In this document: in pieces, positions 12,063 through 25,764 of the stretch
Layout of the letters: every line of letters begins with the position of its first letter
How positions within the stretch are numbered: the first letter of the stretch is position 1
Assembly: GCA_043228905.1 (NCBI GenBank)
Contig: JBHGNT010000009.1
Span: 7,626,001 to 7,690,000 of the forward strand
Direction: 5' to 3'
DNA length: 64,000 nt
Source of the DNA: Azolla caroliniana
Taxonomy: Eukaryota; Plantae; Polypodiophyta
Notes under the pieces: generated by a model
The model's input: the letters and a program-made list of their open reading frames with translations, nothing else
Database searches by the model: none
What the model was told of the DNA's origin: nothing
Program-made: the position numbers and the translations under genes

Positions 12063-15045
12063 TGTGTGTGCGCGCGCGTTTTCACACATTCTTACCCATA
12101 ACTCATTTGTCGACACTTGCTACTTATGTTGCTCATGTCTCAACAATCATTATCATAATTTGTCTCTATCTTTTTCTTTCACATGGGTGTTTCACCATCT
12201 TCTTCATGCACACTCATCACAAACACAAACCCTTGCCTCCCCTTGGATTACCCCTCAAGTCTCACCCCTTGAATTTTATACACATTCTTTGAGCCTCTTG
12301 TCTAATTGGTAAATTACATATACACCCTCCAATTTACTTGTACATGGTTTACCTCCTAGCATGCATTCTTTGTTTTTTATCAACGTTTGCAATCACCCCT
12401 CCTTGCACATATTGTTACTTTGTATAACTCTCTTGTATATTCTAATGTCATTGACTCCTTCGCTTCTTGTTTCTAGGAAACACTCACATACAAACACATG
12501 CATATACAATTGACTATATGCATGTATAACACTCATACATCCATACTTTCTTTTAGCGACTTTTTTTTTCTAGAGATGGATCTCAAAATGAGGTAGAAAA
12601 CCCACAAAGCACATTTACAACATGTCAAATTGGATGTATTCAAAGAATAGGGAGGTTGATGGATCCATGGAAGTAAATCCCCAATTATAATCAATATGAA
12701 TTAAAAGCAAATTACCCAAGGTTTTGTTGATTTTGAATTGTCATACTACAAAATGCATTGATCCTAAATGAACCTATGCAAAAAGATGGCAAACAAGAAG
12801 GGATTGTAGAGAGTTGTATGTTGCAATTTCCTACTTGCATCTCTCTAAGAATCACTATTGCCAAAGGCCGTTTGCTAAAACAAGAAGAACCTTGAAAACT
12901 GATGCACATGGAACATGAACTGTTGTAAGAATGCAACTATAGGAAAAGTATTGTAGGGGACAAATCCTGAGTACATGAAGAAGGGTTTCATTGCATGGCT
13001 GCCATAACTTTCTTGATTGTGACATCATATTGATATGCCAAATCCAAGTAGACATTGCTAGAGAAATGACCATTCCTTATGCACAAACAAATTTGTCCAC
13101 ACCCTCACCCTTTTTAGAGATTGTTTCAATTAAACCAAGGACTTTTGCATCTGCTACATTCCAGTACAAAATGTATCAAATGACAATTCAAGATGCAAAA
13201 CCATATAGGCTAATTTAAAAAGAGGGTTTGAAGAGGTCAAACTAGCAACTTGAAGATCTATGCCACTTTTTTCTAGTTTCGTTTCATCCACTAGCAGATC
13301 TACTAGATTTTGGTCCAAAACAAGTTGTTGAATCTCATGTCTAAGGAGATTGTCATGCATCCACATACCCATCACATCTATAAAATTCAATTGATACACA
13401 TCTCATTCCTTGATTGGATGTGTGTACATCCATGCCTACATGCACCACCTTCAAAATTCCATTCACCTTGTCTTTCATAAAACAATAAATACTCTATGAC
13501 ACTTTATATGTAAACTTTCTTTGCTTTGCACCTCTCTAATGACATTAATTCATCTTACTATACATATTTAATAGTGAATCTTTATATCGAGCACTACATC
13601 TTCCAAAATTTTACTTTTTTCCCATGGTCTAAAGATAGAGATGCATATAAACCTTTTTCTGCATTCTAACCAAAGGACCTGTAATGTAATGTACTTTTAT
13701 TTGTGCAGTTACTTGCCATGATTGTGTGATTACTAGTCACAAATTTCCCTCTTGAAAATGTGCATGGTTTACACAACACCTTGCTTACACTCTCAAGGCC
13801 ATGCTTGTGTGTTTATGTCACATTTGTTTTCCTATAGAATTGGACACAGAAAATTGAACCCCAAGAAATTGTGCTTGCGTATATTAGTCCCTCAATGCTA
13901 ATTAGTCTTTAGATTGATATAGTTATATTTCTCCCTAGCAAAGCACATGTCCATTTATGCAAAATATACTTTATACATGGCATATACAAACACAAATATT
14001 CTTCAAGCATGAAAATTTGTATTAAAAAGTGTTTTGTAGGGCTGAATTGAGTACTTGGGATGGCTAATTTTGAAGAACCTTTCAACCTTACTTTTTTATT
14101 TTTTTGTGCCATTATAATCCATTTCTTATTTTTACGATTCTAAACTACAAAAACATTCATCAATCTCAAGGACAAAGTTAAATTGTCCATCCAAGGTTTC
14201 CAACTTCTTTTGGATTATAGGCACTATTATCATTCTTTAGAGAGAGAGTTTTTTTTAAGTTCACGAGGGACTGGTTACGATCTTAACAAAGGCATTATAT
14301 ATGAATGTTGTATTCTATAAACATTTGGAGATTGTATTCTATAAATGTTGCATTATGAATATATGATCTCACAAACAAGTTGTCAGGTCAAGCAACATCT
14401 AACACCTATGCATCTTCTCACAAGCAACAATACAAAAGATAGTCTTTCCGAGGCTTAAAACATGTAGTAGATGGTGTCATCATTATACGATTATAGTTTC
14501 CTCAAATTTGTTCGCATTGCTTGAATTAGGATAAGATATGAATACACATATCAAAGTTAAAACATAGTTGATTATTTTTCTATATCAAAACATAGCAATA
14601 CTTCGAGACCAAGTTATAATTGTTTTTTTGTAACTAGTTATTTATTTATAGAAGTAACAACAAGAATATGACTTTCCACTATATTATATTTATGAAACTC
14701 AAATCAACATTGGAGGTTGGTATAAAAGCATTCTTTCTCTATACAAAATATACATTCCCATATGAAATATGTGAGATGAATTTACCTAAAACTTCCTTAA
14801 TCCAAACTAAATATTTGTTATACATTTAAAGCAATTTATATTCACCCTATGTTTTAAACATTCCCTTAACGAGATTGTTTTGGTTTACACAATAAAGGCT
14901 TGTTGTCATGAATCCGTGAACATTATGCTTCACTTGGGCTTGAACCCAAGACTTTGTATTACGAAATTCAAAGCTTAACCATTAAGGTAACCTATCAGGA
15001 CATTAAATAATAAAGGCTACTTTTCATAGTGATTATTGTATCAGA

Positions 15046-15168
15046 GAAACTTCTGGAACTTTCTAGAACATTCTAGAAATCTTCTGGAACATCCTACAAT
15101 ATTCTAGGTCCAGAACATTCTAGAACATTTTAGAAATCTCTAAGCTATTCTATAGAAACCTATAAATA
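15046..15168 (+). promoter_or_regulatory. Heat-shock-element array plus TATA box in the gypsy LTR (second copy ~18553-18676)
   Basis: Repeated TTCtaGAAcaTTCtaGAA (nTTCnnGAAn units) directly upstream of TATAAATA at 15161. Confidence 0.65.
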
Positions 15169-15439
15169 GAGACAAATAGATCATATCAAATCAGTTCGAA
15201 TCAAATTGTCAGAACAAAACAAGAGATTGAACGATTGAAGGAAGGTATAAGAGAATAGAAAAAGAGAGGAGAATGGATTGATAAAAGAAGAGTGAATTTA
15301 TTAGAATAGAATGAGTACAATGATGAGTTGGATACAAGGTAGGCTCCAACCATCACCCTACAACAATTATGCCAAGAAGAAGCAAAAGAAGATTTATTCT
15401 TATTTGCCATATCAGTTGCACCTTCTAGTAACACTCAAG

Positions 15440-18428
15440 GGAAGTCAGAGGTCTACATTCCTAAAAAGTACCAAGAATATGTTGATCTCTTCGACAAAGT
15501 CAAAGCTAGTGTACTTCCAAAGCATCGGCCATACGATTGTCCCATTGATCTACAGCCAGGAAAAGAGCCACCATGGGGTCCAATCTACAATCTGTCACCA
15601 ACGGAGCTTGAGGTTCTTCGAGCATACATCGACAAGAATCTTGCAAGTGGGTTTATTCGACATTCAAAGTCTCCAGATGGTGCTCTTATCTTTTTCGTGA
15701 AGAAAAAGGACGACTCTCTTCGTTTGGTTGTGGATTATCGGGGATTAAATAAAGTCACAATAAGAAATAAGTATGCTCTACCTTTAATTTCCAGTCTTTT
15801 AGAGCGCATTGGTGGAACAAAGCATTTTACCAAAATTGATCTAAGGGGTGCATATAATCTTGTCCGTATTCGACCAAGAGATGAGTGGAAGACTGCATTT
15901 CACACTCGATATGGCCATTTCGAGTATACAATAATGCCTTTTGGGCTCACAAATGCTCCTGCCGTGTTTCAACATATGGCAAATGACATTTTTCGAGATT
16001 TTCTAGATATCTTTCTCATTATCTATTTAGATTATCTATTGATTTACTCTAGAACACTTGCGGAGCATGATATACATGTGCGGAAGGTACTCCAACGCTT
16101 AAGAGAGTATGGTCTTTATGCCAAACTGGAGAAGTGAAATTTTGATTGCAAAGAAGTTGAGTTCTTGGGTTATACCATTTCATCCAAAGGTATCTTCATG
16201 GATCCAGCGAAAATTTAAACAATATTGGAATGGCATACTCCAAGTTCCGTCCGCGATGTCCAATGTTTCCTTGGATTTCCAACTTCTACCGCAAATTCAT
16301 ATGGAATTATTCAAAGATTGTATTGCCACTCACTCAACTCACCAAGAAAAATCAAGCATTTGTTTGGATTCCTGAAGTGGACAAAGCCTTTACTTAGTTG
16401 AAAGAGTCATTCACATAAGCTCTTGTCTTAGCTCATGTTGATCCAAAAAAGCCATTTACCATTGAGGCAAATGCATCCGACTTTGCATTGGGGAGCATCC
16501 TATTACAACCAGGTGAAGATGGGCAGTTGCATCCTGTCGCGTTTCACTCAAGAAAATTTAATGTTGCGGAGATTAACTACGAGGTGCATGACAAAGAGTT
16601 AATAGCTGTGGTCAACTCTTTTGCACATGGCGACATTTCTTGGAAGGTTCGCCTCATCAAATCATCATTTATAGTGACCACAAAAATCTTACATATTTTC
16701 AGACGGCTCGAGTGCTAAATAGGCGACAAGCTCAGTGGGCACAATATTTAACTTGTTTTGATTTCAAGATCATTTTTCGCCCTAGGGAAACAACAAGGGC
16801 AAGCAGATGCTCTATCTTGACGCTCATATTTGGCACTTTGCCCTGGAGATCCAACTTTCGACAATCAAAAGCAAGTTCTCCTTGGTCCAACAAAACTACA
16901 AGCAACCACGGTTTGTGCCACGCCACTGGATTCAAGTCTTCTTGATACTATTCGACAACAACTTCACTCTGATGATTTTGCTAAGGATGTCTTTGCCCGC
17001 CTTGGTCCAAATCATGCATTGCCAGGGACATCTCAACGCTATAAGGAGTTCAAGTGGCAAGATAACTTACTTTTCTACAAGAATCTCCTTTATGTCCTTG
17101 ATGGATCGCCACTCCTTCGAGTGTTGGAGCACTGTCATGATGCCCTTATGGCCGGACACTTTGGTATTGTCAAGACCATGGAGTTAGTGAAAAAATGTTT
17201 TTGGTGGCCTCATTTACAACAATTTGTTGAAGATTACGTTCGCACGTGTGACACATGTTGTCGAGCCAAAATGCCTAAGCATCATCCTTATGGGTTGTTA
17301 CAACCATTGCCGACTCCGAGCAAGCCATGGCAGTCAATTTCTATGGATTTCATTACAGATCTGCCACCTTCACAGGGTTTTGATGCTATTTTCACCGTAG
17401 TGGATCGATTTACCAAGATGGCACATTTTTTTCCCTACGTAAAGAGCATCAGTAGTCAAGAAACAACATATATCATTATGCGTGAAGTATTTCGCCATCA
17501 TGGTCTTCCAAACGACATAATTAGTGATCGTGGTCCGCAATTTATCTCTCACTTTTGGAAGCACCTATGTAATGGGCTCCGAATCTCTTGCAAACTCTCT
17601 TCAACATATCATCCCAAAACTGATGGCCAAACAGAGCGCACAAATCAAACACTTGAGCAGTATCTTCGATGTTTCATCATTTATCAACAAGATGATTGGA
17701 GTCATATATTGCATCTTGCAGAGTTTGCATACAATAACACCATACACTCTTCTACCAAGGTCACACCTTTCTATGCCTATATTGGAAACCATCCTCGATG
17801 GTGTCTCTTGGACATTCCAGGGATCTCACCAAACCCTAGTGCGGAGCAGCACCTCTAGTCGGAGTTGTCTTCACATCTTTAGAAAGCTCAAGCCCAACAT
17901 AAGGCCCACGTAGATCAACATCGTCTTCCGTCTCCATTCAAGATTGGTGATCGGGTATGGTTGTTACACCATCACATAAAGACAACTCGACCATGTGATA
18001 AGCTAGACTATAAATGCTTGGGTCCTTTTGTCATCACGAAGCGGATTAATGATGCAACATTCCGTCTTGATCTTTCTGCAAATTTGTGGCTTCATCTAGT
18101 CTTTCACAACTCTCTTTTGGAACCTTGCCACACTAGCTCGATTCCCAATCATGTCATGCCGCTGCCGCTGCCTCTCCAACTTGCTGATGGCCTAGAGTAG
18201 GAGGTAGCCTCCATTCTCGATTCTAAGATTGTGCGCAATAAGTTGTATTATCTAGTTGATTGGATAGGGTATACCCCGAGCGATCGCACATGGGAACCTG
18301 TCGATAATGTTTGTAATGCTCAAGTTCTTATCGAGGACTTCCATCGTCACTATCCCAACAAACCTGGTCCTGCATTGTTAACAACTCCTTCCACTTGTCG
18401 TCGTTTTAAGAGGAGGATAGTGTCATGA
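15440..18428 (+). pseudogene. Gypsy pol: RT (15697-16137), RNase H (~16400-16800), integrase (16830-17858), chromodomain (~18200-18370)
   Basis: [67 protein letters not shown]; several stops and frameshifts. Confidence 0.93.
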
Positions 18429-19199
18429 ATCCGTGAACATTATGCTTCACATGGACTTGAACCTAGGACCTCATATTATGAAATTCAAAGCCTAACCATT
18501 AAGGTAACCTCAAATGATAAAGGTTACTTTTCATAGTGATTATTGTATCAGAGAAACTTCTGGAACTTTCTAGAACATTCTAGAAATCTTCTGGAACATC
18601 CTAGAATATCCTAGGTCTAGAACATTCTAGAACATTTTAGAAATCTCTAAGCTATTCTATAGAAACCTATAAATAGAGACAAATAGAACATATCAAATCA
18701 ATTCGAATCAACACCAATCTTCACCTCCAAGCCTACCTTGTATCCAACTCATCCTTGTACTCATTCTATTCTAATAAATCCACTATTCTCTTATCAATCC
18801 ATTCTCCTCTCTTCTTCTATTCTCTTATACCTTCCTTCAATCGTTCAATCTCTTGCTTTGTTCTGACACTTGTCATGTTCCATGTGTTAAGCTAATATAT
18901 ATCTCTTCATAGTTTCATGATACGTTTACACACTATCTTCTTGACATTGCACTAAAAGACATAGTAAAAGTAATGTAATAGATTGATTCATAATTCTGTT
19001 CATTTCGTAAACCAACTTTGCTAACGTTACAAATATTCAATGAAAGTACCCACATAGGGTTATCATTAGAGTTATGTTTAAGCTTTCATTAATCAAAAGT
19101 GTAAACGTTAGAAAGAAAACGTTTACTCTTGAAATCAATTTGGTTGCATGAGAAATGTGGAGGTTTCTTAAAGATGTTTGGTATGTTATTATAGGTTTA

Positions 19200-20700
19200 G
19201 TAGATTGTTTTACTTTTTGAACATGGAATTCTTTCTACATGAACGACATATTGTGCGGGTTATACAAGTGACTTCAATATAATTCTAATAGCACTTTTGC
19301 TCTACATGAAGTTGATGAATGGATGGAAAAGAGTGTCAATCTCATGCTCACATCTAGAACAAATTTCATTGTTTCCAACTTTATTGGCCTTTTGATTCTA
19401 TAGACCTTGAATAGAATGCGTTGTCCAAGCACTTTTGATTTTGGAGGGCATATTGAACTCCAAATTTGCTTGAAACTATAATTCCATTAGTGAGAGGACC
19501 AACAAGTTCTCTTTGAGTCTTAGCATTGGCCCTAGTAAGGATGATATTTTGTTGAGCCTCCTCTTGGTATGCCACTTGCAAGTTCTAAGGGGTAAGGGAC
19601 TTCTACCTTGGATAAAGGAGGAGATATCTTCCCCCCATAAATAAATTCTACTTCTAATGAGTTTCTTATCATGTTTGCCTACCAAATCATGGCAATGTAA
19701 TTCAATAGATTTGGAGACCTATAGAGTTGAGTTTTGGATGCTTGTCTTCTTGTACCTTGGTCAATGATTGCTTCAAGTAAAAGAGGACATTGCTCCATGT
19801 GGTAAAGCAACATTTTTTCCTTAAAGTCCTTTGACAAACTGATCTACAACATTGATTGATTCCAACTCCCATATATACTTGACTAGACCCAACCCTTGAG
19901 AACAATATCATGTTTGCTAGCAATTCACACAATTAAATGAGTGTTGTGGAAACACTCATGTCTTTTGATGTTAAAGGAGGACCAAGCATGTAAAATTAAC
20001 TAAACCCATTTCCTTAGGGAATGGTTACAATTGTATTTATCCACTTAATGTCTAGCAATAGCAACGGTTCGGTTTGAGCGGAATTGAACTACAAAACTGC
20101 AACTAAATGGCTTAAATGGTTCAGTTTAGTTTAGGTTCAAGTTTTTTTAACGGTTCAGTTTAGTTTGGAGGTTCAATGGTTCGGTTCGTTTTTTTTGTAA
20201 CGATTCGGTTTAGACAGTTTTGGTTTAAATGGTTTTGTGGTTCGTTTCGGTTCAATTTAAGTTTCAAAATTTTTAAAACAGTTTGAGTTTGACACTATCG
20301 AACCAAACCAAACCAAAGCGAACTATTGCTGATTTTTTTTAATGTCCAATTTAGAAGGTAACTTGTCGATATTAGGGATTCATATACCCCTCTTCCAGTT
20401 TGGGGGATGGAAATGTTTGCCTAGAGGTACTTTAAATCACCAACACATGGATTAACTTGATGAAAAAAGTGAGGTATTATAGATTTTTTGCATTGCCTCA
20501 TATGCTTCAAAATCCATCACAACAACACAAGGATTAGATGAGCTGAGTACACGGTTGTTAGAACTATATTTTGAGTTTTAGTATTGCCAATGAGCTACAA
20601 TGTTATTGAAAAATTGAGATTGGAAATCACTCCTAGATTTAGAAGAGAATTGAACAATAAAGGTCTTAAATGGAGTTTTAGTCTTGGAATTTTCATTAAG
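19200..20700 (-). pseudogene. Highly decayed L1-like LINE ORF2 fragments, interrupted by a MITE
   Basis: Short broken minus-strand ORFs with L1-like character (LWGEDISS..CKW); no intact motifs. Confidence 0.35.
20053..20338. mobile_element. Decayed hAT-type MITE
   Basis: 8-bp direct repeat TTAATGTC at 20045-20052 and 20339-20346; degenerate TIRs (AGCAACGGTTCG / CGAACTATTGCT); GGTTC/GGTTT-rich body like the 25179 element. Confidence 0.6.
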
Positions 20701-20760
20701 GAATCTACACGCCGAAGTTTTTTTGTGCCTCACATACATGGCCCTCATAGGAAAGTCTTT

Positions 20761-21397
20761 TTTTTTCCAAATAAAAAGATACTACATTAGTATTAGAAAA
20801 TGCCATAAGGCTAAACATACAAGATATACCACAGGATCCCCTATATTTTTCTAAATTCTAACCATTGGCTTAAATAAATACTTTGGTGTTGAGTAAAACC
20901 ACTCCACCTTATCAAAAAGTCGTCTATAAAATATACCTATGTCCCAGATGGCATGAAACTCCAAACGCTTAAGCTCTGCTTGGTGTGTATCACCTTTTAT
21001 ACTATCCAACAACCCTATGAGATTATGCACAATCTCTATCCAAATTCCCGAAATTATTTGGGTAGGTCTTTCAGTCACATTTTGAAATACCTTCAAACAT
21101 CAAGCCCTCCAAATATACCAAATTGTAATACTACTGACCAATTGCCATATTTGAGGTTTATCAGTTTATATTTGTGGATTCAAAGGGATCAATTTTTTTT
21201 TCCATCAAACCATGTTTCATCACAATAGCATTTGCAACCTCCTCCTGTTCATATACCATAGGTTTATCATGTACCACCGCCCATAATACTGCACCCCATG
21301 TATACATTGCTCTAGGATATACTGGAGTTAATAATTTTATGATTCTTTTCCATATGTCCATAGCAAAGCCACAACTCCACAAACAATGTTTAGCAGT
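20761..21397 (-). mobile_element. 5'-truncated L1-type LINE insertion
   Basis: 17-bp TSD CTCATAGGAAAGTCTTT (20744-20760/21398-21414), T-run (minus-strand poly-A) at the left end, Trp-rich ORF2 C-terminal fragments (WSCGFAMDIWK). Confidence 0.8.
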
Positions 21398-21670
21398 CTC
21401 ATAGGAAAGTCTTTACTCTTTGATGACATTGATTGAATCATGCATATTCACATGATTGTTTAATGGTAGTGGACATGAAATGTTTGTGGGTCTTATATTG
21501 AGTTTGCTAAAGTTTATTATCTAGAGCTCTCAATTGCATGTCTAATACTCTTTAAAAGCCTTGCAATGTTCTAGGTTAATACATTGTTTATCCCCCAAAG
21601 GGAGGGAGAGACAACAAGTAATATTATTATTGAAAATTGTAGAGCTCAAAATGGACTAAAAGTATAATCT

Positions 21671-21906
21671 GGAGTGAAGCTTTAGCCACTCTAAAGAGCC
21701 AATATGATGGCCTCAAGGGCGACTCCGATAGAGTTGAAAGACAACGACTAGCCTTTATCCAACAATGGTCGTTCTCTCCCATTCTTGAGGTAGTGGGCAT
21801 CCACATAAGATGGACCTATCGTGTCCCTATAGGGATTTGTATATAATAATCTCATTTGTAAAATCTTTATAACTAATGGAAGGAGTTTTTTTTGGAAAAA
21901 AGAAAA
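21671..21906 (+). mobile_element. Short 5'-truncated retroposed LINE 3' end
   Basis: 16-bp TSD ACTAAAAGTATAATCT (21655-21670/21907-21922), A-rich tail, and open frame WSEALATLKSQY...AFIQQWSFSP...IRWTY resembling a plant L1 ORF2 end. Confidence 0.75.
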
Positions 21907-21927
21907 ACTAAAAGTATAATCTAGCTT

Positions 21928-22293
21928 AAGCCAACATTTATGGATTCATTTCCAAATCTTTTTGAAAGTTGTTAAAATATTGGTCTTTCTTTTCTTGCAT
22001 AAAGCAAGCACGGCTTCAAATAAGATTGATTATGAAACAAATTTAAGCTATCTTTTAAAATGTTCATAGCCTGTTTTTGGAATTGACCTGAATACTAAAT
22101 TTCAAATCTAAAGCCAATATTTATGAATTCATTACCAAATATTTTTGAAAGTTCTTCAAATGCTAGCCTTTCTTTTGTTGCCTAAAACAAGTATTGCTTC
22201 AAATAAGATTGGTTTACAAAACAAATTTAAGCTATCTTTTAAATGGTTGATAACGTGTTTTTAGAATCATCTTGAACACTATTTTTCAAATCT
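21928..22293. repeat. Diverged two-copy tandem duplication (~183 bp)
   Basis: AAGCCAA(C/T)ATTTATG(G/A)ATTCATT...TTTCAAATCTA repeated at ~21928 and ~22111. Confidence 0.75.
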
Positions 22294-24314
22294 AGTCATA
22301 CGTCAAAAGTGCTAAAATATTGAGAAGTGGAAATTATTAAGTAATGTCAACTAAAACCATGATAACTTCTTATAGAGAGAACCTTGAGATACCCATCTCC
22401 TACATCCCCCCTTAAAAGAAAAGAAACTATAAATGTATGCAACCGCACATGCCTAAATACTATTAATTAAGACCGAGCTAACACCATTACTACTCAAAGC
22501 ACTACCAAAGCATTGCTAATTTACTCTTGGCCTTGGTCGCTACGAAAGACCTCGCATTGTGTGCACTTTAAGAACTCTCAAAGAAATATTGCATACTATA
22601 GTATGTTAAAAACCTTATCATATACACAAAACCGTTCCTTAAGTCACACAACTAAAAGGAATTAAAACCATTATTATTTGTTAATTCATATGTGCCCTAT
22701 AATTGATAATATGTATTAATATTGAGTTAACAACCAACAGGTTACTAATTAATATACTATTATCACCTCGTCATCGGATCCTTATACTAAAATATATGCC
22801 AAATGAAAAAAAACACATACACATTTTGTTTGTCATAGATTTCAAATTATTAATAACCAAACTTGATCGAATAACGAGTCATGAAATGTTAATCATACTC
22901 TTCGTGTTTCTACAATTTTATGTGGAACAACAAACATATCCATTTCGAGTTATACTAACTCGAACTACGATTTACCTCATTTACTAAGGTTTAAAACACA
23001 TGCATTGCACTTACAGTTGTTTCATTCGAGGAAAGCTAGAGCATATGATATATGTTCCAACTAGTTTTTTGAGCAATTAGAATATTTAATAATAAAAATG
23101 CTAACGTATTGGTCAAGTAATATTACGTCACACGTCATCCTCATGAATATCGAGAAAAGAGAAGGAGCAACCCATTTCTTTGGAAGCATATATGTACTCA
23201 CTTAATTGTTTGTCTTTCACCAATAACGACTGTCGCTTTACTCATGTGTTTGCACATTGTTGTAACATCACCCTAGACATATTTCTCGACACCAAAGCCT
23301 TTAAAGATATTTCTTATTGCATAATTACTCTTCCAAGAGCTTTGTATCCATTTAATGTGAAGGACACAAACTGATAGAATATTCATTATGATCTTTCACA
23401 TGCGATAGTGTATAAGCACATCATTTACGTTGGTCAAGATTTGTACATATACGAATACCCAATTCATGTTTGAAAAGTCCTCATACCCATAATTGTTTTT
23501 TAGAATTTAGAATGATGTAAGTACTTCATGTAGAGCAAGCCATTAAGGCGTCAAAATGATTAAGGATAACTTTTAGCATATTAGTAATTAATTTATTGCG
23601 GCATATTTATTTGCTAAGAATAAATCTTGATTTGTTGGAGAGAGATCAATTGCTTGCTTGAGGAAAAACTAAGCTTCACGAATTATCGAAAAGAAAGAAC
23701 AATAATATACAATAAACTATTGAATCCCAACTTGCAAGGACAAGCGTAACCATTTACAAGTATATCTCAAGGATTCAATGAGCATTGAAGGGACTATGCT
23801 ACACAATGAATCCAAATGATCAATTAGAAGAACGCATTGGAGAGGAACACATTCAATTGGTAACCATTCCCTCTTCCTTTCATTTTGCGATTGTAAATAT
23901 GTGTAGGCCAATGCCTCTAAGTCGTCATCATAATCTATTCTAGGAGGAAACACAATTATTTGGCTCATAGTACGTAAAATTCGTGTTCGTCTAACATAAC
24001 ATTCGTTTTCCTACGTTGGAAAACGAATGTGAATGTTATTCAAACATTCTTGTGTTTTTTTCCATTTTTTAGGCTTATTTACCTCATAATAAATAGATAA
24101 TCCAAAAGTATGGTATTTATCATTCTTTGAGGGTGTTTTTCTTACGTGAATGGTTCATTCGCGAATGCGAATGCACGTATGGTACGTATGGTTCAAACTA
24201 TGATTTGGCTAGTGTGTTGGGCAATGACTATCCAAGTTGTAATCACTAAGTGTACTCTAAAAGAGGAATGCGTATATGGTCCTTGTGTTGGTGAAAGACT
24301 ATCCAAGTTGGCAT

Positions 24315-25504
24315 ATGAATTTAGAATTTATTTATCATCCATAAAGAGGCCAGTTTTGACCTATGGGACCAGAGTATACATGTGTTCTTGGTATGGGTCT
24401 CCTTCCTAAAAAGGGGTATTTATACATTGAAGCACAAAGTCTCTATGCATGAATAAGGCATACACATATGAACTCAATCTTCTAGGTGGTCTCTTAAGTT
24501 ATCACTCCCTCTTAATATGTCGTCATATCTTGAACAAATTGCATTGTATGCCGAGCATGCGAAGAGTAAGTGATATTCATCCTCTACCAGGACTCATTGC
24601 ATACTTTACACGCCTTCAAATTCATTACATTTTGATACCATGATGCAACTTCAATACCGAACTTGTGAGATCGAGTGTGAAATAAGGTTGGATAGGATCA
24701 TTAGACATTCTTGTCTTATATTAAGACCAACATTTAGGGTTGACATTTGCAATGAAGTATTCTAGCTTTGTCCTCTTAGCATCTTCCCACTTCATCCTTA
24801 ATGATTCCACCAACCTTTTCTCAATCATTATGTAATGCATAACATCGCTTGAAAGCTCTAAAAGATCATACACATTGTTACGGGCATGACCACACTTTAT
24901 CCACGTGTACGGTAGTACTATATACACGTGGATAAAGTACTATGGTACAATCTTACCACGAGATATTATATGGTCATGCTCGTAACACACACCCCATCTT
25001 TTGAACCATTTCTTATGTCAACAACCCAATCAGATGAGAGAATTTTACTCTTATGATTCCTTTGCATCTTACATCCAACATTCCAAGCAAGATGTGGTAG
25101 TCGATGATTCGGTATATTTTTGACTTTTGTAATATATCTATATACACTTTGGAATGCCAATATCTCAATGGGCTGAACTAGGGATCGACAACGGTTCAAC
25201 TCAATCCTAAACCGGTTTTAAATGGTTTAGCGGCTTAGTGGCTCGACTTAAGATTGAGCTTGACTAAACGATTTAAGCTCAGTTCGGTTTGGCTTGAGCC
25301 TTGCCAAACCGGCTCAAATTGGTTAAGTCGTTTATGTGGTTTATTAGTTATACTAGTCAGGTTAGAGGAAAACTTGAAAGTTAGAAACTTAGAGAGAGAG
25401 AGAGAGACTACATAGAGGAGAGAGAGAGAGAGGGAGACTACAGATGAGGGAGGGAGGGGGAGAGACTACACAGAGGAGAGAGGGAGGGAGGGAGAGACTA
25501 CACA

Positions 25505-25561
<57 letters not shown>

Positions 25562-25706
25562 CTACATAGATGTGTGTGTGAGAGAGGGTGGATCGTCTGA
25601 GTGAGAGAGAGGGAGACTACATAGATGTGTGTGAGAGAGAGGGTGGATCGTCTGAGTGAGAGAGAGGGAGACTACATAGATGTGTGTGAGAGAGAGGGTG
25701 GATCGT

Positions 25707-25764
<58 letters not shown>

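Larger units (their letters stand above)
14904..18868 (+). mobile_element. Ty3/gypsy chromovirus (Tcn1-like), gag/protease deleted, pol decayed
   Basis: TG...CA ends, 5-bp TSD CTTGT (14899-14903/18869-18873), 3' LTR 18421-18868, PPT AAGAGGAGGATAG before 18421; RT, RNase H, integrase and chromodomain in gypsy order. Confidence 0.95.

Noticed and set aside
12600-13500. Overlapping 72-81 aa ORFs suggesting a decayed coding region
   Set aside because: No family-diagnostic motif; cannot be assigned without a homology search.
23150-24200. 83-aa ORF (23717-23968), a 13-bp hairpin near 23999-24030 and a possible HTH-like relic
   Set aside because: May be a decayed DNA transposon end, but no TIR pair, TSD or catalytic motif was found.
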